Source: Lachnospiraceae bacterium (GTDB taxonomy: Bacteria > Bacillota > Clostridia > Lachnospirales > Lachnospiraceae). Taken from it: 64,000 nt of DNA. A program made the translations under genes and the position numbers. Under the pieces are notes generated by a model. It made no database searches. It saw only the letters and a program-made list of their open reading frames with translations, and was not told the origin of the DNA. The stretch lies in assembly GCA_031555615.1 (NCBI GenBank), contig JAVBUF010000009.1, positions 26,102 through 90,101 on the forward strand, read 5' to 3'. Below, piece by piece: positions 16,405 through 25,360 of the stretch. Positions within the stretch are counted from its first letter, which is position 1; every line of letters begins with the position of its first letter.

Positions 16405-18471
16405 TTATTTAGTCAGCAGCAGCATAATATCGTTGCTTCTGGCAATAAATTTGCTCATGGCTTCGGCATCAAGAGGTGCATGCTGAATCAGTGCCAAATC
16501 ATATAACTGCTGGCAGATCATATCTACATTATCACCGCTCTTATTATCCAGAACATACTGTACCAGCGGATGATTGGCATTCAATACCAGTGTTTCACCT
16601 TCTTTACCAAACATCCCCATATCCATTCCCGGCATGGAGTACATCTTCATCATATCCTGCATCCGGCGGCTTTCTTCCGACAGGGTAATCATGGAAGAGA
16701 TCTTCTTATTTTTAAGCTTTTCAACTTTAATGGTAATCTTGTCTTTTTTCAAAACCTTCTTCATGATCTTGGCTACTTCTTCGGCCTGTTCTTCCATTTC
16801 CTTTTCAGCCTTCTTGGAGGTCTTGGCTTTAAAAGTATCAGTCAGATCCGCATCGATCCGCTGGAACTTGACACCCTCATTCTTGGACTCCAGCTGGGTC
16901 ACAAAAGGCTGATCGATATTGTGGGTCAGAATGACAGCTTCCATCTTGGCGGTTTTGAACATATTAATGTATTGGCTCTGCTGCAGTTCATCGGTTACAT
17001 AGTAAATAATCTTTTCTTTTTTCTCATTTTCCTCGTCTTCTGCTTCATCGATGGGATTTCCGTCGGCATCCACTACTTCCGCTTCCACCACTGAAGAATC
17101 AGTCGGCTCATCGTTTCCTTCCCCTACTTCATCCGGATCAGTCTTATTTACTTCCAGGCATTCCGGCAGGGTCAGATATTGTCCGTCCAGATTCTTAAAC
17201 AGAATATAATCATTCATTTTCTCACAGAACTTATCATCCTTTAAGCAGCCGAACTTGATAAAGGGACTGATATCATCCCAGTATTTTTCATATTCTTCCT
17301 TTTCGGTTTTGCACATGCCGGATAATTTATCGGCAACCTTCTTGGAAATATAATCCGATATCTTCTTCACGAATCCATCATTCTGCAATGCACTTCTGGA
17401 CACATTCAAAGGCAGATCAGGACAATCGATCACCCCTTTCAGCAATAACAGGAATTCCGGAATAACTTCTTTGATATTGTCGGCAATAAATACCTGATTA
17501 TTATAAAGCTTGATCACCCCTTCAATAGATTCATATTCCATGTTGATCTTGGGGAAATACAAAATACCCTTAAGGTTAAAAGGATAGTCCATATTTAAAT
17601 GGATCCAGAATAAAGGTTCCTTATAATCCTGAAATACCTTGCGGTAAAATTCCAGATATTCCTCCTTTTCACACTCATTAGGATGTCTCATCCAAAGCGG
17701 GTTGGTATCATTTAAAAGCTCCGGACGCTTAATGATTTTATATTTAAGCTCATCTTCTTCTTTTTCCGGTTTGATTTCCTCAACCACGGTATCGGTATCC
17801 AGCTTTTCCTCTGCCGTTACGGTTTGGGTATCGGTAGTATCCTGCTTGGAAAGATAAATTTCGGTGGGCATGAAGGAACAGTATTTTCCAATGACTTCTT
17901 TGGCTTTATACTCATTGCAAAACTCCAGACAGTCTTCATTTAAAAACAGCGTAATGGTGGTTCCTACTTCGGCCTTATCACCATCCTCCATTTCAAATTC
18001 GGTACCGCCGTCGCATTCCCAGTGGACCGCCTGTGCTCCCTCCTGATAGGAGAGAGAATCAATATGCACTTCATCTGCCACCATAAATGCAGAATAAAAA
18101 CCAAGTCCGAAGTGACCGATAATCTGATCCTCATTGGTCTTGTCCTTATATTTTTCAATAAAATCCGTCGCTCCGGAAAAGGCGATCTGATTAATGTATT
18201 CTTCTACCTCCTGAGCGGTCATACCAATACCGTTGTCTGTAAATGTCAATGTCTTCTTTTCCGGATTTACAACTACCGAAATCTTGGGTTTATACCCTTC
18301 AGGCAGGGTATATTCACCCATCATATCCAGTTTTTTCAGCTTGGTAATGGCGTCACAGCCGTTGGAGATCAGTTCCCTGAAAAAAATGTCATGATCCGAA
18401 TACAGCCATTTTTTGATAATGGGAAAAATATTTTCACTGTTAATTGATAAACTTCCGTGTGTCTTAGCCAT
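16405..18471 (-). CDS. htpG: molecular chaperone HtpG (Hsp90)
   Basis: Trimmed to ATG 18471 (AAAGGAG RBS). Sequence reads MAKTHGSLSINSENIFPIIKKWLYSDHDIFFRELISNGCDA...GQFGLGFYSAF-type motifs (IIGHFGLGFYSAFMVAD). Confidence 0.95.
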   Translation of the reverse strand: MAKTHGSLSINSENIFPIIKKWLYSDHDIFFRELISNGCDAITKLKKLDMMGEYTLPEGYKPKISVVVNPEKKTLTFTDNGIGMTAQEVEEYINQIAFSGATDFIEKYKDKTNEDQIIGHFGLGFYSAFMVADEVHIDSLSYQEGAQAVHWECDGGTEFEMEDGDKAEVGTTITLFLNEDCLEFCNEYKAKEVIGKYCSFMPTEIYLSKQDTTDTQTVTAEEKLDTDTVVEEIKPEKEEDELKYKIIKRPELLNDTNPLWMRHPNECEKEEYLEFYRKVFQDYKEPLFWIHLNMDYPFNLKGILYFPKINMEYESIEGVIKLYNNQVFIADNIKEVIPEFLLLLKGVIDCPDLPLNVSRSALQNDGFVKKISDYISKKVADKLSGMCKTEKEEYEKYWDDISPFIKFGCLKDDKFCEKMNDYILFKNLDGQYLTLPECLEVNKTDPDEVGEGNDEPTDSSVVEAEVVDADGNPIDEAEDEENEKKEKIIYYVTDELQQSQYINMFKTAKMEAVILTHNIDQPFVTQLESKNEGVKFQRIDADLTDTFKAKTSKKAEKEMEEQAEEVAKIMKKVLKKDKITIKVEKLKNKKISSMITLSEESRRMQDMMKMYSMPGMDMGMFGKEGETLVLNANHPLVQYVLDNKSGDNVDMICQQLYDLALIQHAPLDAEAMSKFIARSNDIMLLLTK

Positions 18472-18505
18472 AATAATCACTCCTTTATTATTATTCTTGT
18501 AATGA

Positions 18506-18534
18506 ATTGTAATTCGCTCTTTACAAAAAGTCAA
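18506..18534 (-). promoter_or_regulatory. sigma-A promoter of htpG
   Basis: The minus strand reads TTGACT-17 nt-TACAAT, about 35 nt upstream of the htpG ATG. Confidence 0.55.
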
Positions 18535-18541
18535 GACTAAA

Positions 18542-18568
18542 TTAGCACTCATTTGTCATGAGTGCTAA
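18542..18568. promoter_or_regulatory. CIRCE element (HrcA operator)
   Basis: TTAGCACTC-atttgtcat-GAGTGCTAA is a perfect match to the CIRCE consensus TTAGCACTC-N9-GAGTGCTAA. Confidence 0.88.
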
Positions 18569-18630
18569 TAATTTCTTTGAAACCCTTTATTTATGCGGCT
18601 TTGCGCATTTCTAAATTTTTTATTAAAAGT

Positions 18631-19686
18631 CTAAAAAAATTGTTGATACACATCAAAGAAATCTTTGGTGGTTATCTCACTGTTATGAATAAAAGAGACC
18701 TGCTCCCAAAGCATATCATTCAGATTCTTGGTTAAAGAAGCTACAAAAGCATTGTATTCCTGTCCAAATACTTCTTCCCGCCGTTCTTCCACAATCTTCA
18801 CCTTATTGGCATCGGTCTCCTCACGGTTAAAGGTATTGATACACTTAATAATATGATAACCAAAGCTGGTTTCCACAATATCACTGATTTCTCCTGTTTC
18901 CAGTTGAAAAGCCGCTTTCTCAAAAGATTCCTCCATATCCCCTTTGCCAAAGGAATACACCGCCTGATCAGCTTCACTGTAAAGCATGATCAGCTTTTCA
19001 AAATCTTCACCGGCTTTAACCTGACTTAAAATATCACTGATCTGGTCATATGCTTTCCGTTTGGTCTGTTGGGTATATTCAATCTTTTTACCGGTACCGT
19101 CCAAAGCATAGGTTTTGATCAAAATATGCTGCACCGTAATGGTCCTTGCTTCATCATCACTGATTTCGGGATTGATATCCTTGATAATATAGCGGTAGAC
19201 CTTATCTGCCAGGGCATACTCCGTATAAAGCTTTTCAATCGTATCCTGGGTTACCCCCATACATTCCTTTTCGGTTTCATTTAAAGAACTATAGTAAGCC
19301 GCCGCTGCCTCACGGGCTTTTTCCAGTTCTTCCTTTTCCAAGGCAATTCCATGCTTTTCCCCTAAAAGGTTCATGGTCTTGATCTGGGCAATCTGGGCCA
19401 AAGCAGTATCCTTGATATTTTGTTCCAGGGTTACTCCATTCAAATCAGTCTCCCATATCTGACTGCTGTATACACTTTCGTACTGGTTTTGGGCATTGGT
19501 CAGATAAACCCGTATCTCCGGCAGGGTACAGGACATGCTTTCAATGCGGAAAATCTCATCTTTTCCGAAACCGGTGGTGAGAACCACCTTCATGTCCGCT
19601 GACTTTTTTCCGCAGCCGGCAGATATCAAAACCACTAATATGGTTAACAATATTACAATAAAACGCTTCATCTTTTCTTTATACAT
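18631..19686 (-). CDS. PrsA-like peptidyl-prolyl isomerase lipoprotein
   Basis: Lipobox ISAGC. Parvulin-type domain (TVQHILIK...SFGYHIIKC). Alternative start at ATG 19671 (MKRFIV...). With the 19686 start it overlaps the upstream gene by 8 nt. Confidence 0.8.
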   Translation of the reverse strand: MYKEKMKRFIVILLTILVVLISAGCGKKSADMKVVLTTGFGKDEIFRIESMSCTLPEIRVYLTNAQNQYESVYSSQIWETDLNGVTLEQNIKDTALAQIAQIKTMNLLGEKHGIALEKEELEKAREAAAAYYSSLNETEKECMGVTQDTIEKLYTEYALADKVYRYIIKDINPEISDDEARTITVQHILIKTYALDGTGKKIEYTQQTKRKAYDQISDILSQVKAGEDFEKLIMLYSEADQAVYSFGKGDMEESFEKAAFQLETGEISDIVETSFGYHIIKCINTFNREETDANKVKIVEERREEVFGQEYNAFVASLTKNLNDMLWEQVSFIHNSEITTKDFFDVYQQFF

Positions 19687-21082
19687 TTATTTCCATCTTC
19701 TTTAATATGCTTCTTGCTACACTGATGCCATTGGCGGATGCCTGCTGCAGGCCACGGGTAACTCCGGCGCCGTCGCCGATTGCACGAAGTCCCTTGATAC
19801 TGGTTTCAAATTCTTTGTCAACTACCACTTTATTGGAATAAAACTTAACCTCCACACCGTAAAGCAGGGTCTCATCGCCAGCAATACCAGGTGTTATTTT
19901 ATCCAGTGCCAGAAGCATCTCCTCAATATCTACCATAATTCTATGGGGAAATACCAATGACAAATCACCGGGTACCGCATCCTTTAAGGTGGGGATCAAA
20001 TTGTTCCGGCAAAGACGCTCTTCCGTAGTCCTGCGGCCTCTGCGGAAATCACCGAAGGTCTGTACCAGAATTCTGCCTCCGCATAACATATTGGATAATT
20101 GGGCAATCTGCTTGCCGTATTCAATAGGTGTTTTAAAGGGTTTGGTAAAATTCTTGCTGACCAGTATGGCAAAATTCGTATTATTGGTCTTATATTCGCT
20201 GGACTTATATGCATGACCGTTAACTACCGCCAGTCCGCCTTCATAATACTCCGTCGCCACTTCCCCGGAGGGATTAGTACAGAAGGTCCGCACCTTATCA
20301 TCAAACGTTGGTGTATGGTAAACCAGTTTGGCTTCATAAAGATTTTCATTAAGGAACTGCATGACCTCATCCCGGACTTCCACCCGAACACCCACGTCCA
20401 CTGTTCCGGGAGTGGTTTCAATACCGATTTCTTCGCATTTATCCTTAAACCAGTCGGCACCTTCCCGGCCCACGGCCGAAACAATTTCCCCGGCATAATA
20501 GGTTTCACCCTTGTTGGTTACTACTCCCACTGCCTGACCATCTTCAACTAAAATCTGTTCCACCATGGTATTGAACAGAATGTTTACCCCTGCTTCTTCC
20601 AGATGATGCTGGAGCTTGCCGTATATTTTATAGCCTTCCTCTGTTCCCAAATGCCTGATGGGGCATTCCACCAATTTCAGGTTGGCATTAATGGCTTTTT
20701 TACGGATATCACGGATTTCAGCTTCCTTATCTACCCCATATACATTGGTATCCGCTCCAAATTTCAGATAAATATCATCGGATTCATGAATCAGGCGGAG
20801 TGTTTCATCATATCCCAAAATAGCCGGCAGATTCCCGCCTACATCAGGAGATAATGACAGCTTGCCATCTGAAAAGGCTCCCGCTCCCGCAAATCCCGTG
20901 GTAATCGAACAGGGCTTACATCCGATACACTGTTTGGTTGTCCGTTTCGGACACAGCCTTTTCTCAATGGAACGCCCCTTCTCGATCATCAGAACCTTCA
21001 GATCCTTATTTTTATCCTTTAATTCATACGCACAAAAAATCCCCCCGGGGCCCGCCCCGATTATAATTACATCATACTTCAT
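19679..21082 (-). CDS. FAD-dependent oxidoreductase (uncharacterised FAD-dehydrogenase family)
   Basis: N-terminal dinucleotide fold MKYDVIIIGAGPGGIFCAYEL. 467 aa. GAGG RBS. Confidence 0.75.
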   Translation of the reverse strand: MKYDVIIIGAGPGGIFCAYELKDKNKDLKVLMIEKGRSIEKRLCPKRTTKQCIGCKPCSITTGFAGAGAFSDGKLSLSPDVGGNLPAILGYDETLRLIHESDDIYLKFGADTNVYGVDKEAEIRDIRKKAINANLKLVECPIRHLGTEEGYKIYGKLQHHLEEAGVNILFNTMVEQILVEDGQAVGVVTNKGETYYAGEIVSAVGREGADWFKDKCEEIGIETTPGTVDVGVRVEVRDEVMQFLNENLYEAKLVYHTPTFDDKVRTFCTNPSGEVATEYYEGGLAVVNGHAYKSSEYKTNNTNFAILVSKNFTKPFKTPIEYGKQIAQLSNMLCGGRILVQTFGDFRRGRRTTEERLCRNNLIPTLKDAVPGDLSLVFPHRIMVDIEEMLLALDKITPGIAGDETLLYGVEVKFYSNKVVVDKEFETSIKGLRAIGDGAGVTRGLQQASANGISVARSILKKMEINV

Positions 21083-21247
21083 TACTGTACCTCGCTATTT
21101 CCTATATTTCAAGAGAACGCAACAAATCCAGCTGCACTTGGGCAGGGATGCCCTTGTGTAACTTCTTGTCTTCTTGGCCTTCTTATTGTAGCATAACTTT
21201 CCCGGTCCTACCACTATTTGTTGAAATTGATTACGGAAATTAATCAG

Positions 21248-22048
21248 CTATTCCCATCTGACTGCACCTATGGATTCCCCATTTCTGGTATACCAGTTCA
21301 CTCCATCGGTAAGCAAATATTGCTGGTCTGACAAAACCTTTTGACAAAAATGCCTGATATCCTTTAATTTTTCCGAAAATGCCATGCCTCCGCCAAATAA
21401 TTCTGTTTTATGCATATCCGAACCGGCTGTCAGGGGCAACTGCTGCTCTTTGGCATAAGCAATAGCTTTTTGATTATATTGGCCGTTATTCTTGATAAAC
21501 CGGTTATAGTGAGTGGCATTAATACCTTCAATGGCATCCACAAAGCCAGGGAAAAAGCGAATTCTGGGAATATAGCTTGCCTCTCTGTAAGGGTGGGCAT
21601 GAACCACCATACCACCTGCTTTTTTGACTATTTCATATTGTTCTTCTACTGATGCATCTTTTATCCGGGGATGATCCTGCAAAAAAGCCGGAGAAAGTCC
21701 ATAAATAAGAAACTCATTGCCATCATAGCAAGACTCATATCCCCAAAATACTGCCAGATCATTCTGCTCTCCCCATGCCGCTGCTTCTTCATACCCCAAA
21801 GCTAATCGGGCAATCCACTCCCGCCAGGGCAAATCCCCTTTTATTACCGTGTTCCCATACCAGTTATGATCCGTAATAATAATCCCGGTATAACCGGCAT
21901 CCCTGTATGCCCGGGCAATTTCAGCTCCGGTACAGGAGGCACAGGCACTGCCCTGAGAAGTATGCATATGGGTTTCATAAAAATAGGGGTATTCCGGGGG
22001 CAATAAGATTCTGGACATCGGGACTCTCTTTCGTTTTTTTGTTTTCAT
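21248..22048 (-). CDS. PHP-domain metal-dependent phosphoesterase
   Basis: ETHMHTSQGS and VVHAHPYRE His-rich motifs typical of the PHP fold. The start is uncertain (22048 or ATG 22018); neither has a strong RBS. Confidence 0.65.
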   Translation of the reverse strand: MKTKKRKRVPMSRILLPPEYPYFYETHMHTSQGSACASCTGAEIARAYRDAGYTGIIITDHNWYGNTVIKGDLPWREWIARLALGYEEAAAWGEQNDLAVFWGYESCYDGNEFLIYGLSPAFLQDHPRIKDASVEEQYEIVKKAGGMVVHAHPYREASYIPRIRFFPGFVDAIEGINATHYNRFIKNNGQYNQKAIAYAKEQQLPLTAGSDMHKTELFGGGMAFSEKLKDIRHFCQKVLSDQQYLLTDGVNWYTRNGESIGAVRWE

Positions 22049-22071
22049 TATACGTCAATTTATTTTCCTTA

Positions 22072-22788
22072 TCAACCGGTGACTTTTTTCCGCATGGACA
22101 ATAAAATACGTTTTTCCATACGGCTTACCTGCACCTGAGAGATGCCCAGCCGGCCCGCCACCTCAGTCTGGGTCTTTTCCTGAAAATACCGTAACCGGAT
22201 CAATTCTCTTTCATTTTCCTCCAATTCGGAAAGCAACTGTTCTAACATGATATTGTTGATAACGTGCTCGGACTTATCCGCATCCGCCAGCTTGTCCACT
22301 AAGTAAATTTCGTTTCCATCGGTCTGATAAACCGTTTTATGAATGGATTCCACTTCCGCTCCGGCTTCCATGGCCATCACAATATCTTCCGGCAGGAACC
22401 CGGTTTCCTCAGCCAACTGGGATAGGGTCGGTTCCTGTCCTGTCTGCTGCCGCAGCCGTTCCGCTGCCTGTTTAACTTTATAGCCGTTTTCCTTGATGGA
22501 ACGGCTTACCTTTATCATCCCGTCATCTCTTAAAAAACGCTTGATTTCACCACTGATCATGGGTACCGCGTAAGTGGAAAATTTCACCTCGTAAGAAATA
22601 TCAAATTTATCGATAGCCTTCATTAATCCAATGGTTCCTATCTGCAATAAGTCTTCCACTTCACATCCTCTGCCGATAAACCGCTTGACGATGTGGTGAA
22701 CCAATCCCAAGTTTTTCTCTACCAGTACTTCTCGTGCTTCTTTTTCTCCTGCATGTGAACGTTCAATCAGTACGGTGAGTTCATCCAT
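22072..22788 (-). CDS. sigF: sporulation sigma factor SigF
   Basis: Sigma-70 regions 2-4 (LQIGTIGLMKAIDKFD, YAVPMISGEIKRFLRDD, QTEVAGRLGISQVQVSRMEKR). It lies downstream of spoIIAA and spoIIAB. Confidence 0.9.
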   Translation of the reverse strand: MDELTVLIERSHAGEKEAREVLVEKNLGLVHHIVKRFIGRGCEVEDLLQIGTIGLMKAIDKFDISYEVKFSTYAVPMISGEIKRFLRDDGMIKVSRSIKENGYKVKQAAERLRQQTGQEPTLSQLAEETGFLPEDIVMAMEAGAEVESIHKTVYQTDGNEIYLVDKLADADKSEHVINNIMLEQLLSELEENERELIRLRYFQEKTQTEVAGRLGISQVQVSRMEKRILLSMRKKVTG

Positions 22789-22791
22789 AAG

Positions 22792-23355
22792 CTATTCCTC
22801 ATGACCGATCCATGGACTGATTCCTATTTTTTTCTTCATCAATATAGTGGTGCCGTAGCCCGGCTCGGAAATCACTTCCAGATCATCCATAAAGGCTTCC
22901 ATAAAGGCAAATCCCATTCCTGAACGGTCCAGTTCCGGCTTGGATGTATAAAGAGGTTCCATGGCCAGTTCAATATTGGCAATCCCTTTGCCTTTGTCCC
23001 ATACTTCAACATGAAGAACATCCCCCTCCTGAACGCAATGGATATATATCTTGGGTTTTTCCGCAAGTTTTTCGTTTCTCTGGAAATATTCTTCATCATA
23101 TCCATGAATAACCGCATTGGTAACTGCTTCCGAAACTGCCGTCTTTACATCCGAAATCTCTTCTAACGTGGGATTCAGTGGGGACAGGAATGCTGCCACA
23201 GCCATTCTGGCAAAGGATTCATTAATGGAAACCGCATCAAATTCCAATTGCATTTCATTATAGTCCTTATTAAACCCTTCCCTTTCTTCCCCTTCTTCTC
23301 TTTTCATTCTCCTGATTAAATATTGTTCCTCTGTTTTACCGGTCATTGTTTTCAT
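22792..23355 (-). CDS. spoIIAB: anti-sigma F factor (serine kinase) SpoIIAB
   Basis: MQLEFDAVSINESFARMAVAAFL...VSEAVTNAVIHGY matches the B. subtilis SpoIIAB N-terminus (MHLEFSALSQNESFARVTVASFI..SEAVTNAIIHGY). The frame stays open 34 codons upstream to ATG 23355 (AGGAGGgaaATG). The alternative start 23253 would give a typical 153 aa. Confidence 0.9.
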   Translation of the reverse strand: MKTMTGKTEEQYLIRRMKREEGEEREGFNKDYNEMQLEFDAVSINESFARMAVAAFLSPLNPTLEEISDVKTAVSEAVTNAVIHGYDEEYFQRNEKLAEKPKIYIHCVQEGDVLHVEVWDKGKGIANIELAMEPLYTSKPELDRSGMGFAFMEAFMDDLEVISEPGYGTTILMKKKIGISPWIGHEE

Positions 23356-23362
23356 TTCCCTC

Positions 23363-23668
23363 CTATTCCATAATATCTACTATTTTATGTAAACCTGATA
23401 TCATTAATGTCCTTTTAATCCGTGAATCGGTATTGATGATATATACCTTTCCTCCAAAACAGGCAATTTTCTTATACCTCCCCATAATAATTCCGATCCC
23501 GGAACTATCCATAAAGCGTGTTTCTTCAAAATCAAAGACAATGTTCCCTACTCTCTTTTGCAAAATAAAATTATCTGCTGTTTTACTTATGTAAACTGAT
23601 TTGTGATGATCGATCTCTTCCGGCATTTTTACCATCAGATAATTATCAATTACTTTAAAGTCATCCAT
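23363..23668 (-). CDS. spoIIAA: anti-sigma F factor antagonist SpoIIAA (STAS domain)
   Basis: 101 aa with the STAS phospho-serine motif FMDSSGIGIIMGRY. It is the first gene of the spoIIA operon. Confidence 0.9.
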   Translation of the reverse strand: MDDFKVIDNYLMVKMPEEIDHHKSVYISKTADNFILQKRVGNIVFDFEETRFMDSSGIGIIMGRYKKIACFGGKVYIINTDSRIKRTLMISGLHKIVDIME

Positions 23669-23720
23669 TTTAAGTCTCCTTATTTTATTTTTGAAAATAG
23701 AATCTCACTTCCTGTTACAC

Positions 23721-23749
23721 AAAAAAGAACATAGCGGTAGCTATGTTCT
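23721..23749 (-). terminator. rho-independent terminator of the valS-to-TPR operon
   Basis: Perfect 10-bp stem AGAACATAGC-ggta-GCTATGTTCT (23726..23749), followed on the minus strand by UUUUUU. Confidence 0.8.
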
Positions 23750-23775
23750 CTTTCGTATTTTATATTTCATTTATC

Positions 23776-25191
23776 TTAGGTTTGTCCTGCTGTATTAATT
23801 TCCACCAGGGAGGTTTCCGACCTATTGGCCTTCTCCGTACCGGGGAAAAGCTCGATCACCCTGGCATAAGCTTCCTTGGCCTTATCATTCTCCCCATTCT
23901 TTTTATAGGAATTGGCCAGATGGAACAGTGCTTCGCCATTAGTCTGATCATATTGAAATGCTTTCAGAAGATTGGGAATAGCCTTGGTAAAATCTTCTGC
24001 CTTATAGTCGGCATACCCTGCCTCGTAGCAAATGGTACCCAGCTGTTTTCCTACCACATTCAGCATGCTTTCATACAAATCACCAAAAGCTGCTGAAGAT
24101 TCCTCTATCTCCTCCTGGGTAATGGCATCCATATAGGTTGCGATCTTTTCGATTTCAGCCGGCTCATTAAGATACACACTGGCTGCCATCAGTAAATTAT
24201 CAATGGCCTGTACACTCACATCACTGCCCGCGTATCCTGCCAGTTCTTCCGACAAACGGCTGTTTTCTTCAGCCAGTTTATTAGCCTTCTGCTCTAACTC
24301 ATCAATGGTGGCTGTTTTCACATCCAATTGCTCGCTCACCACCCGCACTTCATCTTTGGTAGTTGCCCGCTCCCGCTGAATCTGGGCCGGCAAAATAAGA
24401 AAACAGGCGATGGCAATTCCAACTACGATTCCGATACCCAGGTTAAACAGGGAGGAGGCACCTTTGGAATTTTTTATTTTACCCGGCTGGATAATGGTTT
24501 CATTACCGCTTTGATATCTGATAACATCATCGGAACTTTTCTTCTTCGTACTATTTCCCTTTACATTTTCTTCAGGCGTCATCATATGATTGACTTCCTG
24601 CAGATATCGTAATGTAATGGTATTATTGGTATCTATTTCCATGCATTTCAACAATTCGTTTTTGGCATTTTCCCATTCTTCGGTGCTAATATATAACAGT
24701 GCCAGCAATTGATGTGCACGAACATACTTGGGATTATAAGATAATACCTTTTTCAACTGAATAATCGCCAGATCCATACTATCCTGGTAACAGTAAGCCA
24801 ACGCCTGATTGTATTTCTTGATGGTTTGGTTAATGGTGTCCAGGCGGGTCTGATTGGTCTGGATCATATCGATATAATCATCGGCAATATTTTTTTTGGA
24901 ACGGATATTTTTGCTGATGACCCACTCACTTAATGCCGCCACTACCTCACCCAGTTCAAAATACACCAACCCCAGTAAGTTTCTGGCTTCAATATTGTTT
25001 TTATTAAATTTTAAGCTCTGTCTTAAAACTGTTGCCGCACCGGTTAAGTCACGTACTGTGGCTTTTTCCAGTCCTTCATTATACAAACGGTTGGAAGTGG
25101 ATATGATCTTTTTAAACAGGGAAACATCCGCTCCGCAGCCGGTACAAAAATCATGCCCTGACAAACGGCATCCGCATTGATAGCATACCAT
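23776..25191 (-). CDS. zinc-ribbon / TPR-repeat membrane protein
   Basis: N-terminal CxxC...CxxC (MVCYQCGCRLSGHDFCTGCG). TPR repeats on both sides of one TM segment (LFNLGIGIVVGIAIACFLIL), plus a coiled-coil stretch. Confidence 0.75.
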   Translation of the reverse strand: MVCYQCGCRLSGHDFCTGCGADVSLFKKIISTSNRLYNEGLEKATVRDLTGAATVLRQSLKFNKNNIEARNLLGLVYFELGEVVAALSEWVISKNIRSKKNIADDYIDMIQTNQTRLDTINQTIKKYNQALAYCYQDSMDLAIIQLKKVLSYNPKYVRAHQLLALLYISTEEWENAKNELLKCMEIDTNNTITLRYLQEVNHMMTPEENVKGNSTKKKSSDDVIRYQSGNETIIQPGKIKNSKGASSLFNLGIGIVVGIAIACFLILPAQIQRERATTKDEVRVVSEQLDVKTATIDELEQKANKLAEENSRLSEELAGYAGSDVSVQAIDNLLMAASVYLNEPAEIEKIATYMDAITQEEIEESSAAFGDLYESMLNVVGKQLGTICYEAGYADYKAEDFTKAIPNLLKAFQYDQTNGEALFHLANSYKKNGENDKAKEAYARVIELFPGTEKANRSETSLVEINTAGQT

Positions 25192-25201
25192 GACGTTTCT
25201 C

Positions 25202-25360
25202 CTATTCTTCGTTTAACTCCACATCGTCATTCACTTTCTTTACCATTTTAATCAATATATCTGTCATATCTGTAAGGTCCTGATTGTATATGGCTTCTTC
25301 AGCATCCTCAACCTCCAGGCTGGGATGAAATTTTTTTAATTCATCTTCAAAATTAATCAT
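25202..25360 (-). CDS. small acidic hypothetical protein (52 aa), translationally coupled to folC
   Basis: Below the ORF-track size cutoff. Its ATG (25360..25358) overlaps the folC TGA stop as ATGA. It encodes MINFEDELKKFHPSLEVEDAEEAIYNQDLTDMTDILIKMVKKVNDDVELNEE and ends 10 nt before the next start codon. Confidence 0.45.
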   Translation of the reverse strand: MINFEDELKKFHPSLEVEDAEEAIYNQDLTDMTDILIKMVKKVNDDVELNEE

